Below, piece after piece: positions 39,460 through 48,727 of a stretch of DNA of 64,000 bases. Origin of the DNA: an uncultured Acidimicrobiaceae bacterium (GTDB taxonomy: Bacteria; Actinomycetota; Acidimicrobiia; Acidimicrobiales; Salinilacustritrichaceae); assembly GCA_963972525.1 (NCBI GenBank), contig CAXAUZ010000016.1, forward strand, positions 18,515 through 82,514, given 5' to 3'. The notes beneath the pieces were generated by a model. That model did not search any database, was not told the DNA's origin, and saw only the letters and a program-made list of their open reading frames with translations. Position 1 is the stretch's first letter. Each line of letters begins with the position of its first letter. The translations under genes were made by a program, and so were the position numbers.

Positions 39460-40298
39460 CCCTCCCAGTGGTCCAGCGCGCTGCGCATCAGGACCTCGTA
39501 CTCCTCGAAGGTGTGGCCGTGGCGGGCGGCCACGATCAGCTCGGCGTCGGCACCGACCGGGGTCCGCAGCGGTGCGGCCGGGTCCTCGAGCACGTCGGCC
39601 ACGGTCCGGGCGACGAGCGCGGGGTCCGCAGGTCCGTCGCCGCCCAGGCCCTTGGCCCGGGATTCGAGCTGCTCGGCGATCGCCCAGTAGCCCTCATGGT
39701 CCGGCGTGAAGGCCGCCGCGGTCACCGTGTTGGCGCCGAGCCCCGTGGGGAACTGGCCGGGCTGGATGGAGTGGACCCGGATGCCAGAGAGGCCGAGCTC
39801 GAAGTGGAGCGCCTCGCTGATCGCCTCCACGGCGTGCTTGGAGGCCGCGTAGATCCCGGCGAAGGGGCGGGCGATCACGCCGGCCACGCTGCTCAGGTTG
39901 ACCAGGACGCCGGCCTCGGACCGCCGCAGGTGCGGCACCGTCGCCCGCACCACGCGAAGCAGCCCGAGCACGTTCGTCTCGAACTGCAGGGCGACCTCGG
40001 CGTCGGACACCAGCTCGACGGGACCCCGCACCTCGATGCCGGCGTTGTTGACCACGACGTCCAGGCCGCCGAGGAGGTCCACGGCCTCCGCCACCCCGCG
40101 CGCGACGGAGGTCTCGTCGTGCACGTCGAGGGCGACCACGTGGACCGAGGTGCCGGCCGCCTCGCAGGCCCGCCGGAGGTCACCGTCCCGCGACGGGTCC
40201 CGCATCGTGGCCACCACGTCGTGGCCCCGCCCGGCCAGCTCGACGGCGGTGAGGAGGCCGAAGCCGCTGGAGCAGCCGGTGATGAGGACGCTGGGCAC
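39438..40298 (-). CDS. Short-chain dehydrogenase/reductase (SDR)
   Basis: VLITGCSSGFG (TGxxxGxG), NNAG, and catalytic S...YAASK. Confidence 0.9.
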   Translation of the reverse strand: MPSVLITGCSSGFGLLTAVELAGRGHDVVATMRDPSRDGDLRRACEAAGTSVHVVALDVHDETSVARGVAEAVDLLGGLDVVVNNAGIEVRGPVELVSDAEVALQFETNVLGLLRVVRATVPHLRRSEAGVLVNLSSVAGVIARPFAGIYAASKHAVEAISEALHFELGLSGIRVHSIQPGQFPTGLGANTVTAAAFTPDHEGYWAIAEQLESRAKGLGGDGPADPALVARTVADVLEDPAAPLRTPVGADAELIVAARHGHTFEEYEVLMRSALDHWEGYRRERP

Positions 40299-40328
40299 GG
40301 CGACGGTCTAGCCGTCCCGGTGCGATCT

Positions 40329-40387
40329 CAGCACTGCCAGAACGGGAGGGCGGGTCCCCGGGCGGTCGTCCCGAACTGGCAGTGCTG
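40329..40387 (-). terminator. Long hairpin between the thiD stop and the SDR start
   Basis: Perfect 12-bp arms CAGCACTGCCAG (40329-40340) and CTGGCAGTGCTG (40376-40387), extended after an AA/AA internal loop by CGGGA/TCCCG. No U-tract. Confidence 0.55.
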
Positions 40388-40395
40388 GTGTCGCG

Positions 40396-41202
40396 TCAGC
40401 CGTCCCAGCCGAAGGCGTCGATGGGTCCGTGGCCGCCACCCAGGCGCCAGGTGCGGGCCCCGAGCAGGCCCCGGTGCACGAAGTCCTTCGCCGCCCGGAC
40501 CGCGTCGAGCGGGTCGTCGCCGAGGGCGAGGCGGGCAGCCGTGGCCGCGGCGAAGGAGCATCCGGAGCCGTGGTCGTTGGGGGTGTCGACCCGGGGCAGC
40601 ACCATCCGCTCGGCTCGACCGCCGACGGCGACCACGTCGACGGCATCGTCGCCCTCGTCCTCGGCGTCGCCGCCCTTGACCACGACCGCTTCGCAGCCGA
40701 GGTCGAGCAGCGCCACGGCGGCGGCCTCCATGTCGGCGATGGTGCGCAGGGATCGGCCGACCAGGAGCCCGGCCTCGGTGCGGTTCGGCGTGATCACCCG
40801 GGCCAGCGGGAGGAGCCGGGCGACGAGAGCGTCCTGGACGTCGGGCGGGAACAGGGCCACACCGGCCGAGCTGACCAGCACCGGGTCCACGACCAGGTTC
40901 GCCAGCCGGTCGGCCTCGGCCACCCGGGCGACCACGTCCACGGTGTCGGCCGAGCCGAGGAAGCCGGTCTTGGTGGCCCGCACGTCGAGGTCGCCGAGCA
41001 CCGCGTCGAGCTGGGCAGCGACGAACTCGGACGGGACGACGTGCACCGCCTCGACGGCCCGGGTGGACTGGGCCGTGAGGGCGGCCACGGCGGTGGCGCC
41101 GTGCAGGCCGTGGGCGGCGAAGGCCCGCAGGTCGGCGTGGACCCCGGCCCCGCCGGCGCTGTCGACGCCGGCGACGGTGAGGGCGACCAGCGGCGTCGGC
41201 AC
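40396..41202 (-). CDS. thiD: Hydroxymethylpyrimidine/phosphomethylpyrimidine kinase
   Basis: ALTVAGVDSAGGAGVHADLRAF...TAQST...KTGFLGS...VVDPVLVSS...HGSGCSFAAA. GTG at 41202, 11 nt after the MFS stop. Confidence 0.85.
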   Translation of the reverse strand: MPTPLVALTVAGVDSAGGAGVHADLRAFAAHGLHGATAVAALTAQSTRAVEAVHVVPSEFVAAQLDAVLGDLDVRATKTGFLGSADTVDVVARVAEADRLANLVVDPVLVSSAGVALFPPDVQDALVARLLPLARVITPNRTEAGLLVGRSLRTIADMEAAAVALLDLGCEAVVVKGGDAEDEGDDAVDVVAVGGRAERMVLPRVDTPNDHGSGCSFAAATAARLALGDDPLDAVRAAKDFVHRGLLGARTWRLGGGHGPIDAFGWDG

Positions 41203-41213
41203 GGTGGGCGACG

Positions 41214-42428
41214 CTACCCGACGACCTCGGGGACGAGGACGGGCGCCACCGCCCGCGCCCCGGAGCGCCGCAGCCAGACGGCGACGAGCACGACGACCCC
41301 GCCGAGCACGCTCATGGCCGCCGACACGCCGAACGTCCCGATGAGCGCACCGGTGGAGAGGATGCCGAGCAGCTGGGCCGCGGTGCCCGACATGGTGTCG
41401 GTGGCGATCACCCGTCCGTGCACCGACTCCGGGGCGTTGCGCTGCAGCAGCGTGCGGGACGGGCCGGACAGCAGGGCGGTGCACACCCCCCAGGCCGCGA
41501 CGCCGACGAAGGCGACCACGATCGAGGGCGTGCCGAGGTAGACGATGGCGGTCACGCCGGACGCGCCCACGCCGAGGACCACCCAACCGAACGACGCCAC
41601 GCGCTCACCGAGGCGCGCGACCGCGATGCCGCCCGCCACGAGGAAGACGCCGAACACGGCCTGCAGCGCGGCGAAGGTCGACGGCGGGCGCTCCAGGACG
41701 TCCCGCACGTACAGCGGCTCGGCGAGCAGGGCGGCGCCGTAGAGGAGGTGCACCGAGCTCATCGCCACCACGACGCGCCGGAGCACCGGGGTCCGGGCCA
41801 CCAGGCGAAGGCCCTCGAGCGCGTCGCGCAGGCCCGGTCGGCGCCCGTGGGCGGTGGGATCGACGACGTCGCGCACCTGCACGATCGGCAGCACGAGGAT
41901 GCCGAGCAGGTAGGTGGCGGCGGTGAGCACGAACGCGCCCCGGAAGCCGAACCAGCCGATGGCCACGGCGCCGACGACGGGGCCGGCGATGATGGCGACC
42001 TCGTCGGTGAGCGACACGAGGGCGTTGGTGCGGGCCAGCTCCTCGTCGCGGACCAGCCGGGGCGGCAGCGACTGCAGCGCGGGCACGGTGAGGGCGCCGG
42101 CGACGCCGTGCACCATCGACAGCAGCGCGAGCGTCCGGAAGTCGTCCGCGAGCAGCAGCGCCAGCGAGGCCACGACGCCGATCGCCTTGGCCACGCCGAG
42201 GGTGGCGCGAGGTCCGATCCGGTCGATCACGGTCCCCACGAACGGGCCGAGCAGCACGCCCGGGAGCGTGAGGGCGACGCCGAACAGCGTCACGTCGCCG
42301 GCGGTGGCCCCGAACTCGAACGCGGCGTAGCCCCAGATGGCGATGAAGGTCGCCCAGGTGCCGACCGCGCTGAACGCCTCGGCGACGAGGAAGGCCCGGA
42401 CCCGGCCGGACCGCAGTGAACCCTGCAC
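41214..42428 (-). CDS. MFS transporter
   Basis: About 12 TM segments. Start taken as GTG at 42428 (VQGSLRSGRVRAFLVAEAFSAVG); the ORF-track N-terminal extension is low-complexity. Confidence 0.8.
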   Translation of the reverse strand: MQGSLRSGRVRAFLVAEAFSAVGTWATFIAIWGYAAFEFGATAGDVTLFGVALTLPGVLLGPFVGTVIDRIGPRATLGVAKAIGVVASLALLLADDFRTLALLSMVHGVAGALTVPALQSLPPRLVRDEELARTNALVSLTDEVAIIAGPVVGAVAIGWFGFRGAFVLTAATYLLGILVLPIVQVRDVVDPTAHGRRPGLRDALEGLRLVARTPVLRRVVVAMSSVHLLYGAALLAEPLYVRDVLERPPSTFAALQAVFGVFLVAGGIAVARLGERVASFGWVVLGVGASGVTAIVYLGTPSIVVAFVGVAAWGVCTALLSGPSRTLLQRNAPESVHGRVIATDTMSGTAAQLLGILSTGALIGTFGVSAAMSVLGGVVVLVAVWLRRSGARAVAPVLVPEVVG

Positions 42429-42483
42429 CGGCAGAACATAGGCCCGGGACGTGCGGACGCCGGCAGCGTTTCCGGGAGGGTCC

Positions 42484-42834
42484 CTAGCTGCGGCCGAAGT
42501 CGTCCTCGAGGCGGACGATGTCGTCCTCCCCGAAGTAGTCACCCCGCTGGACCTCGATGAACACGACGTCCTCGTCGCCCTGGTTGGCGCAGCGGTGCGC
42601 CATGCCCTGGGCGATGTCGACGGACTGGCCGGCGGGCACCTGGTGGTCGGTGCCGTCGAGGGTGACGGTGGCGGTGCCGCTCACGACGTACCAGTGCTCG
42701 GCCCGGCGGGCATGCGTCTGGTAGCTGAGCCGCTTGCCGGGGTGGACGACGATCCGCTTGACCTTGTGGTCGTCCTCGTCGGACAGCACGGTGTAGTTGC
42801 CCCAGGGGCGCTCGTCGTACTCGAGTGCGGTCAT
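42484..42834 (-). CDS. Cupin-domain protein (mannose-6-phosphate isomerase type II C-terminal-like)
   Basis: 116 aa. ERPWGNYTVL...KRIVVHPGKRLSYQTHARRAEHWYVVSGTATV...AHRCANQGDEDVVFIEVQ. Confidence 0.8.
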   Translation of the reverse strand: MTALEYDERPWGNYTVLSDEDDHKVKRIVVHPGKRLSYQTHARRAEHWYVVSGTATVTLDGTDHQVPAGQSVDIAQGMAHRCANQGDEDVVFIEVQRGDYFGEDDIVRLEDDFGRS

Positions 42835-42847
42835 CGGGACAGTCTGG

Positions 42848-44077
42848 TCAACCCACGGACAGGACGGCCAACCCCTGCAGCAGGCCGACGCCGGCGCCCA
42901 GCGCCCCGCCGATCGCGATGAGGATCCACTCGTCCTGCTCGAAGATGCCGCGGAGGAGCCGCTCGAACTCCAGCTTCGGCATGGCCCGGAGCTTGGACTC
43001 GACGAGCTCGCCGACCTGCAGCTGCTTCTCCAGGTACGCCTCGATCTCGGGCTGGATCTCCGGCACCGACTCGGTGACCCGGCCGACCACCATCATCTTC
43101 ACCGAGGCGAGCTGGGCGTCGGTGACCTCGGTCTGGGTGAGCATCTCGACCATGGGACGGGCGGCGTCCACCCGCTCGCTCACCTTGGTCAGCACGACCT
43201 GGGCGATGCGGGTGCCGGCCTCGCCCTCGGTGACGAGGCGGAGCAGGTTGGCGGGCGTGAGGATCTCCCGGGCGGTGATCCGGCCGTAGTCCTGGGCGAT
43301 CTCGTCCTGGCGGCTGGGGAACATGCCCTGGTAGGTGACGAGGCCGGCGTAGCGCTTCGGTTCGATCGGCCGGAAGATCATCTGCAGGGCGAGCCAGTTG
43401 GTGCCGAGCCCGACGATGCCGCCGACGAGCGGCATCAGCCACCACTGGTCGAAGATCGAGAAGCTGAGCGCCTGGAAGCAGCCGATCACGAAGCCGAACC
43501 ACCCGCCGAAGCGGACGATGGCCTTGAGCTCCTTGCCGCCGATCTCCTGGAACAGGCGGACGAGGCGCTTCACGTTGGGCCCGGAGAGCAGGTCGAACAC
43601 GAGCTGCTCGAGGTCGAGCAGCTCGTGGCTGATGCCCTGCAGGTCGTCGAAGATCTCCTGGGCGACCTGGCGCCCCTCGGTCTTGATCTGGGCGATGACC
43701 ATCTGCTGGGCGTCGGGCGCCATCTGGTCCCAGGTGCCAGGGGCCAGCATCTCGGCCACGTCCCGGACGATGACGGGCAGCTCGGTGTCCAGCCGGTCGG
43801 CGAACAGCGCCTCCATCTCGGCCGGGTCGAGGCGCTCGGCCAGCTCCGCCGGTGACAGCACCGCGCCGACGTTGCCGGCGACGTCGGCGGCGAAGGTGTC
43901 GGCCTTGGACGGCAGCACCCCCTGCCAGCCGATCTTCACCCCGAAGGGCGCCACGCCGACGAACTCCTCGGGCGAGAAGATCATGCGGACGGCGGCCCAG
44001 TTGGTGATGTAGCCGATGAACGCGGTGACGAGGGGCACCGCGACGAGGACGACGGCGAGGTTGGTCGCGGTGATCAC
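42848..44077 (-). CDS. DUF445-family membrane-associated protein
   Basis: 409 aa. N-terminal GYITNWAAVRMIFSP and internal GLGTNWLALQMIFRP repeats, C-terminal TM. GTG at 44077. Confidence 0.7.
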   Translation of the reverse strand: MITATNLAVVLVAVPLVTAFIGYITNWAAVRMIFSPEEFVGVAPFGVKIGWQGVLPSKADTFAADVAGNVGAVLSPAELAERLDPAEMEALFADRLDTELPVIVRDVAEMLAPGTWDQMAPDAQQMVIAQIKTEGRQVAQEIFDDLQGISHELLDLEQLVFDLLSGPNVKRLVRLFQEIGGKELKAIVRFGGWFGFVIGCFQALSFSIFDQWWLMPLVGGIVGLGTNWLALQMIFRPIEPKRYAGLVTYQGMFPSRQDEIAQDYGRITAREILTPANLLRLVTEGEAGTRIAQVVLTKVSERVDAARPMVEMLTQTEVTDAQLASVKMMVVGRVTESVPEIQPEIEAYLEKQLQVGELVESKLRAMPKLEFERLLRGIFEQDEWILIAIGGALGAGVGLLQGLAVLSVG

Positions 44078-44119
44078 GGATGCAGGTTTCGCCGGGGCAC
44101 CCGCCTTCCCCTGTCCCCC

Positions 44120-44959
<840 letters not shown>

Positions 44960-44997
44960 ACCCGAAGACCCTAGGGAGCGGGGGCTACGGTCCGGAC

Positions 44998-45996
44998 ATG
45001 CGCCGTGCCCTGTGGACCACCGATGGACTCGATGTGACCGAGGTCGAGCTGGGGCCGCTGGCCGATGGCCGGGCCCGCCTGCGCGTGGCCGCCTGCGGCA
45101 TCTGCGGCTCCGACCTGCACTGGTGGCACGGGTCCATGCCCCGCCCGCTCGGCACGGCGCCCGGCCACGAGCTGGCCGGCACCGTCGTCGACGGTCCGGC
45201 CGGCCTGGACGACGTGCTCTACGCCGTCTCCCCCAACGTGTCCTGCGGGCGCTGCCAGTTCTGCCAGGTCGGCCAGACCCACCTGTGCGACCGCGCCCTC
45301 GGCCGGGGTCTGGGCATGGGGGCAGACGGCGGCCTCTCCGAGGTCCTCGACGTGCCGGTCGCCAACCTCGCCCCGGTGACCACGGACCGGCCGGCCGTGG
45401 CTGCGCTCACCGAACCGCTGGCCGTGGCGCTGCGCGGCGTGTCCCTCGGCGACGTCGGTCCCGACAGCCGGGTGCTGGTGCTCGGCGCCGGCACCATCGG
45501 CCTCGGCGCCGCGCTGCTGGCCCGGGACCGTGCCTCCGAGGTGGCCATCACCGCCCGCCACCCCCACCAGGCCGACGCGGCGGCCGCCATGGGCGTCACC
45601 GTCCTCGGCGAGCACGAGGGCATCGCCTGGGCCAAGGAGCGGGGCGCCGACGTGGTCATCGAGTCCGTCGGCGGCACCGCCCCCACGCTCGGCGACGCGG
45701 TGAAGGCGGCTCGCAAGGGCGGCACCATCGTCCTGCTCGGCTCCTTCACCGAGCCCCGTCCGGTGGACTTGTCGAAGCTGATGATGAAGGAGCTCCGGCT
45801 GCAGGGGTCGTTCTGCTACGGCTCCACCAAGCGGGGCCCGGAGTACGCCGCCGCCGCCCGGCTGACCGGTCGCTTCGAGTCCGAGCTGTCGGCGATGACC
45901 ACCCACCAGTTCCCGCTCGACCAGGTCACCGACGCGTTCGAGGCGGCGGCCGACAAGTCCAGCGGCGCCATCAAGGTCACCATCCTCCCGAACTGA
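44998..45996 (+). CDS. Zinc-dependent medium-chain alcohol/polyol dehydrogenase
   Basis: CGICGSDLH, GHELAG, structural-zinc CGRCQFCQVGQTHLC, and GAGTIGLGA Rossmann motif. Confidence 0.85.
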   Translation: MRRALWTTDGLDVTEVELGPLADGRARLRVAACGICGSDLHWWHGSMPRPLGTAPGHELAGTVVDGPAGLDDVLYAVSPNVSCGRCQFCQVGQTHLCDRALGRGLGMGADGGLSEVLDVPVANLAPVTTDRPAVAALTEPLAVALRGVSLGDVGPDSRVLVLGAGTIGLGAALLARDRASEVAITARHPHQADAAAAMGVTVLGEHEGIAWAKERGADVVIESVGGTAPTLGDAVKAARKGGTIVLLGSFTEPRPVDLSKLMMKELRLQGSFCYGSTKRGPEYAAAARLTGRFESELSAMTTHQFPLDQVTDAFEAAADKSSGAIKVTILPN

Positions 45997-46045
45997 AGAT
46001 GTCGTGGACCGGTCACCACTGGTGTGACCCTTCCACGACATCTTC
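45995..46045. terminator. Bidirectional hairpin between the dehydrogenase gene and tRNA-Ala
   Basis: Perfect 14-bp arms GAAGATGTCGTGGA (45995-46008) and TCCACGACATCTTC (46032-46045), with an inner GGTCAC/GTGACC helix. Starts inside the ADH stop codon. Confidence 0.7.
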
Positions 46046-46052
46046 CGTCGGG

Positions 46053-46126
46053 TGGAGGTGAGGGGATTCGAACCCCTGGCCTCCTCGATGCGACCGAGGC
46101 GCTCTAGCCAACTGAGCTACACCCCC
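46053..46126 (-). tRNA. tRNA-Ala (anticodon CGC)
   Basis: The minus strand folds as a cloverleaf: GGGGGTG-TA-GCTC-AGTTGGCTA-GAGC-G-CCTCG-GTCGCAT-CGAGG-AGGCC-AGGGG-TTCGAAT-CCCCT-CACCTCC-A. G3:U70 identity pair is present. CCA is not fully encoded. Confidence 0.95.
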
Positions 46127-46173
46127 GAGGGAGGCCACACCTTACCGTCGGTGGCGGTGGCCGCCGAACTGGC

Positions 46174-46830
46174 TCAGGCGTCGCCGTGGGACTCGATGGC
46201 GCGCTGCAGTCGGGTCTGCAGGACCGTCGTGGTGACATCGCCCCGGGTGCGCTCGGTGACGGCTCGCAGCGAATCCACCGTGCGACGCAGGCCGCCGGTG
46301 AGGGCGTCGGGCAGGTCGACCGAGGCGAGGACGTCGTAGGCGTCGTCCATGACCTCGAGGAGGGCCTCACCGCCCTCGAGGTCGCCGGAGCGGAGGCGGT
46401 CGAGGACGTTGCGGCGCAGCTCGCTGGCGGCCTCGGCCAGGCCTCGCATCCAGGAGTGCGCCATGACGCCGAGCTCGGCCGGGGAGGCGAGGGCCTCACC
46501 GCGGACCATGGCCGCGCACAGGCGGGCCTCGGCGTACTCCTTCTCGGCGTCGTGGAGGAAGCCGGCGTGGGCCACCGCGGGGTGGTCGGCCAGCGCCTCC
46601 TGCGCGGTGCGCAGGGCGGCCTCGGAGGCGGCGACCTGGTCGTCGTGGGCCGCCGGGTCGCCGCGGTGGACGGCGCGGATGGCGAGGCCGGCGTGGCGGA
46701 TCGCGGTCCGGCACGCGGGCAGGGCGACCTCGCGGGCCCGGTGGGCGGCGCCGAGGTCGGTGCGGATGTCGCCGACGAGGGCGTCGAGCGTGGCGCGCCG
46801 GTCGCTGCCGGCGCCAGCAGCCGGGGTCAG
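46174..46830 (-). CDS. Translin-family protein (start codon uncertain, probably CTG at 46830)
   Basis: DIRTDLGAAHRAREVAL...AIRAVH, HSWMRGLAEAASELRRNVLDRLRSGDLEGGEALLEVMDDAYDVLASVDL and LRRTVDSLRAV parallel the translin helices (compare human DIREEIRK... and EDYLSGVLILASELSRL..GDY). No in-frame ATG or GTG lies upstream of the conserved N-terminal helix except far inside the preceding gene. Confidence 0.6.
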   Translation of the reverse strand: MTPAAGAGSDRRATLDALVGDIRTDLGAAHRAREVALPACRTAIRHAGLAIRAVHRGDPAAHDDQVAASEAALRTAQEALADHPAVAHAGFLHDAEKEYAEARLCAAMVRGEALASPAELGVMAHSWMRGLAEAASELRRNVLDRLRSGDLEGGEALLEVMDDAYDVLASVDLPDALTGGLRRTVDSLRAVTERTRGDVTTTVLQTRLQRAIESHGDA

Positions 46831-47288
46831 TTGGCCTGGCGGCGCAGGAGCGCCTGCTGCGTGGCCGACGGGCGACCCTGAGGTGCCAGGTACCGGACGT
46901 TGGTGCGGGCCGGGGCCTGGCGCTGCTGCTGGACCTGCATGAGCATGGCGACGTAGCCGAGGAGGGCGGCGTCGACGGTGAGGTGGAGCAGCCAGACGGA
47001 GCCGCCGGCGAGGAGGGCCAGGAGGAAGGTGAGGCCGGCCGAGGCGGCGAGCGTGGCGAGCACGTCGCGGCGACGGCGCTGGGCGTCGGTGCGGCTCATG
47101 GCCCGACCGGTCGGGGTGCGCATCGGCGCCGGTGCGTAGGGGTCGCCCGTGCGCTGGAGCACGGCCAGCTGGTTGCGGAAGTCCCCGATCGAGGCGTGCG
47201 GGTGGAACGCCCGGCGCTTCTGCAGGTAGGGGGGCAGGAGAACGGCAGCCCAGATCGCAGCAAGCACCACTAGCACCATGATGGTCAC
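46827..47288 (-). CDS. Hypothetical membrane protein (N-terminal TM, basic linker, C-terminal TM pair, Gln-rich tail)
   Basis: 153-aa ORF. MTIMVLVVLAAIWAAVLLPPYLQKRR...SIGDFRNQLAVLQR...LTFLLALLAGGSVWLLHLTVDAALLGYVAMLM. GTG at 47288, or ATG at 47279, which is better spaced from GAGGAG. Confidence 0.6.
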   Translation of the reverse strand: MTIMVLVVLAAIWAAVLLPPYLQKRRAFHPHASIGDFRNQLAVLQRTGDPYAPAPMRTPTGRAMSRTDAQRRRRDVLATLAASAGLTFLLALLAGGSVWLLHLTVDAALLGYVAMLMQVQQQRQAPARTNVRYLAPQGRPSATQQALLRRQAN

Positions 47289-47499
47289 GCTCCTCGCCTC
47301 GCTTTCGTGTGTCGTCTGTCACCGTAGGAGCGCCCGGAACCTGAGTGGTGGATCCGGGCGTCTTCGATGTTCGTTCGGTTGCGGGCAGGCCAGCACTGCT
47401 GACCGGGATCGTTACGGTTCTACTACGAACCGAAACACGGTGACAAGCAACTGCGAACGATGTCACGCATGCTGCGAGGCGGATCGAGCAGGTGTTCGG

Positions 47500-48006
47500 T
47501 CAGCGGGCGAGGCCGTCGTCGCCCGGTTCGGGTTGGCGGCGGTAGGTGCCGGAGCGCCCACCCGTCTTCTCCCACAGCGTCAGCTCGCTGATCACCATGG
47601 CCCGATCTGCGCTCTTGCACATGTCGTAGATGGTGAGGCAGGCGATGGAACAGGCGGTCATCGCCTCCATCTCCACGCCGGTCCGGTCGATCGTGTCGAC
47701 CTGGGCCTCGACCTCGATGAAGTCGTCCTCGATGCGGAAGTTCACCAGCACCGAGCCGACCAGCAGCGGGTGGCAGAGCGGGATGAGGTCCGGCGTGCGC
47801 TTCGCCGCCTGGATGCCGGCGACCCGGGCCACCGCCAGCACGTCGCCCTTGGAGATGGCCCCGCGGGCGACCAGCGACGCGGTCTCGGGCTGCATGGACA
47901 CCCGGCCCCGGGCGATGGCCCGACGGTGCGTCGGATCCTTGGGGGTGACGTCGACCATCCGGGCACGGCCCAGAGGATCCAGGTGGGTCAGTCCTCGCTC
48001 CGACAT
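47500..48006 (-). CDS. moaC: Cyclic pyranopterin monophosphate synthase
   Basis: LTHLD..GRARMVDV..K..T.R.A.A...V......GDVLAVARVAGIQAAKRTPDLIPLCHPL...GVEMEAMTA. Confidence 0.9.
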   Translation of the reverse strand: MSERGLTHLDPLGRARMVDVTPKDPTHRRAIARGRVSMQPETASLVARGAISKGDVLAVARVAGIQAAKRTPDLIPLCHPLLVGSVLVNFRIEDDFIEVEAQVDTIDRTGVEMEAMTACSIACLTIYDMCKSADRAMVISELTLWEKTGGRSGTYRRQPEPGDDGLAR

Positions 48007-48039
48007 CGGCCGGAGTGTAGGGGACGCCTGTGGCCGCCC

Positions 48040-48645
48040 TCAGGAGCCATGGATGAAGACGGCGTCGAGCATGCCGTCCAGCGATTCGATCGCCAGCTCG
48101 GCCCGCGCCCCCGGATCCTCGTCGGCCGCGATCGCGACGGCCGTCTCGGTGACCGCACCGAGCAGCAGATCGGCGAGCACGTCGGGCTCCGCTCCTGGAC
48201 GCAGCCGACCCGACGCCCGTGCAGCGGTGAGTGCCGCCAGGACCAGGAGGCGGAAGCTCCCGCCATCGCACTCCCGCCACCGACGCCAGCCGAGCACGGC
48301 CGGGGCCATGACGACGGTGATGCGAGCGGCGACGAGGTCGGTCGCCAGTGCCCGCAGGTAGGTGGCGAGGCCGGTACGAAGCGCCGCCTCGGGCTCGAGG
48401 CCTGCGGTGGCCGCTTCGACGGCAGCGACCAACGAACGGTGCTCAGCGAGGAAGACCGTCTCGAACAGCTCGTCCTTCGATGCGAAGTGGTAGTAGACGC
48501 TGCCCTTCGTTCGGCCGGCCCGCAGCGCCACCTCGTCGATCGTCACGGCTGCGGCATCGCCAGCGCCGAACAGCTCGCGAGCTGCCCCGAGGACCTCCTT
48601 CAGAGAGCGCCGCGACCGGGCCTGCGGTCTCCGGGTCGATGCCAT
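48040..48645 (-). CDS. TetR-family transcriptional regulator
   Basis: HTH region VTIDEVALRAGRTKGSVYYHFASKDELF. ATG at 48645 set by counting from the stop. Divergent from the quinone-reductase-like gene. Confidence 0.85.
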   Translation of the reverse strand: MASTRRPQARSRRSLKEVLGAARELFGAGDAAAVTIDEVALRAGRTKGSVYYHFASKDELFETVFLAEHRSLVAAVEAATAGLEPEAALRTGLATYLRALATDLVAARITVVMAPAVLGWRRWRECDGGSFRLLVLAALTAARASGRLRPGAEPDVLADLLLGAVTETAVAIAADEDPGARAELAIESLDGMLDAVFIHGS

Positions 48646-48697
48646 CGACGGCGAGCGTACGCCGGGCCGGGCGACGCCGATCCCCTCTTTTCGAACT

Positions 48698-48713
48698 TGG
48701 AGTACGTACTCCA
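48698..48713. promoter_or_regulatory. Perfect 16-bp palindrome, candidate TetR operator
   Basis: TGGAGTAC-GTACTCCA in the 82-nt divergent intergenic region, 15 nt upstream of the ATG at 48728. Confidence 0.6.
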
Positions 48714-48727
48714 GGTATGTTCCGAGC

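Noticed and set aside
46827-46835. A programmed -1 frameshift fusing the membrane protein to the translin domain at GCC AAC TGA.
   Set aside because: There is no slippery heptamer (C CAA CTG is not of the X XXY YYZ type), and I found no obvious downstream stimulatory pseudoknot. Reinitiation at CTG is the simpler reading. It remains testable by mass spectrometry.
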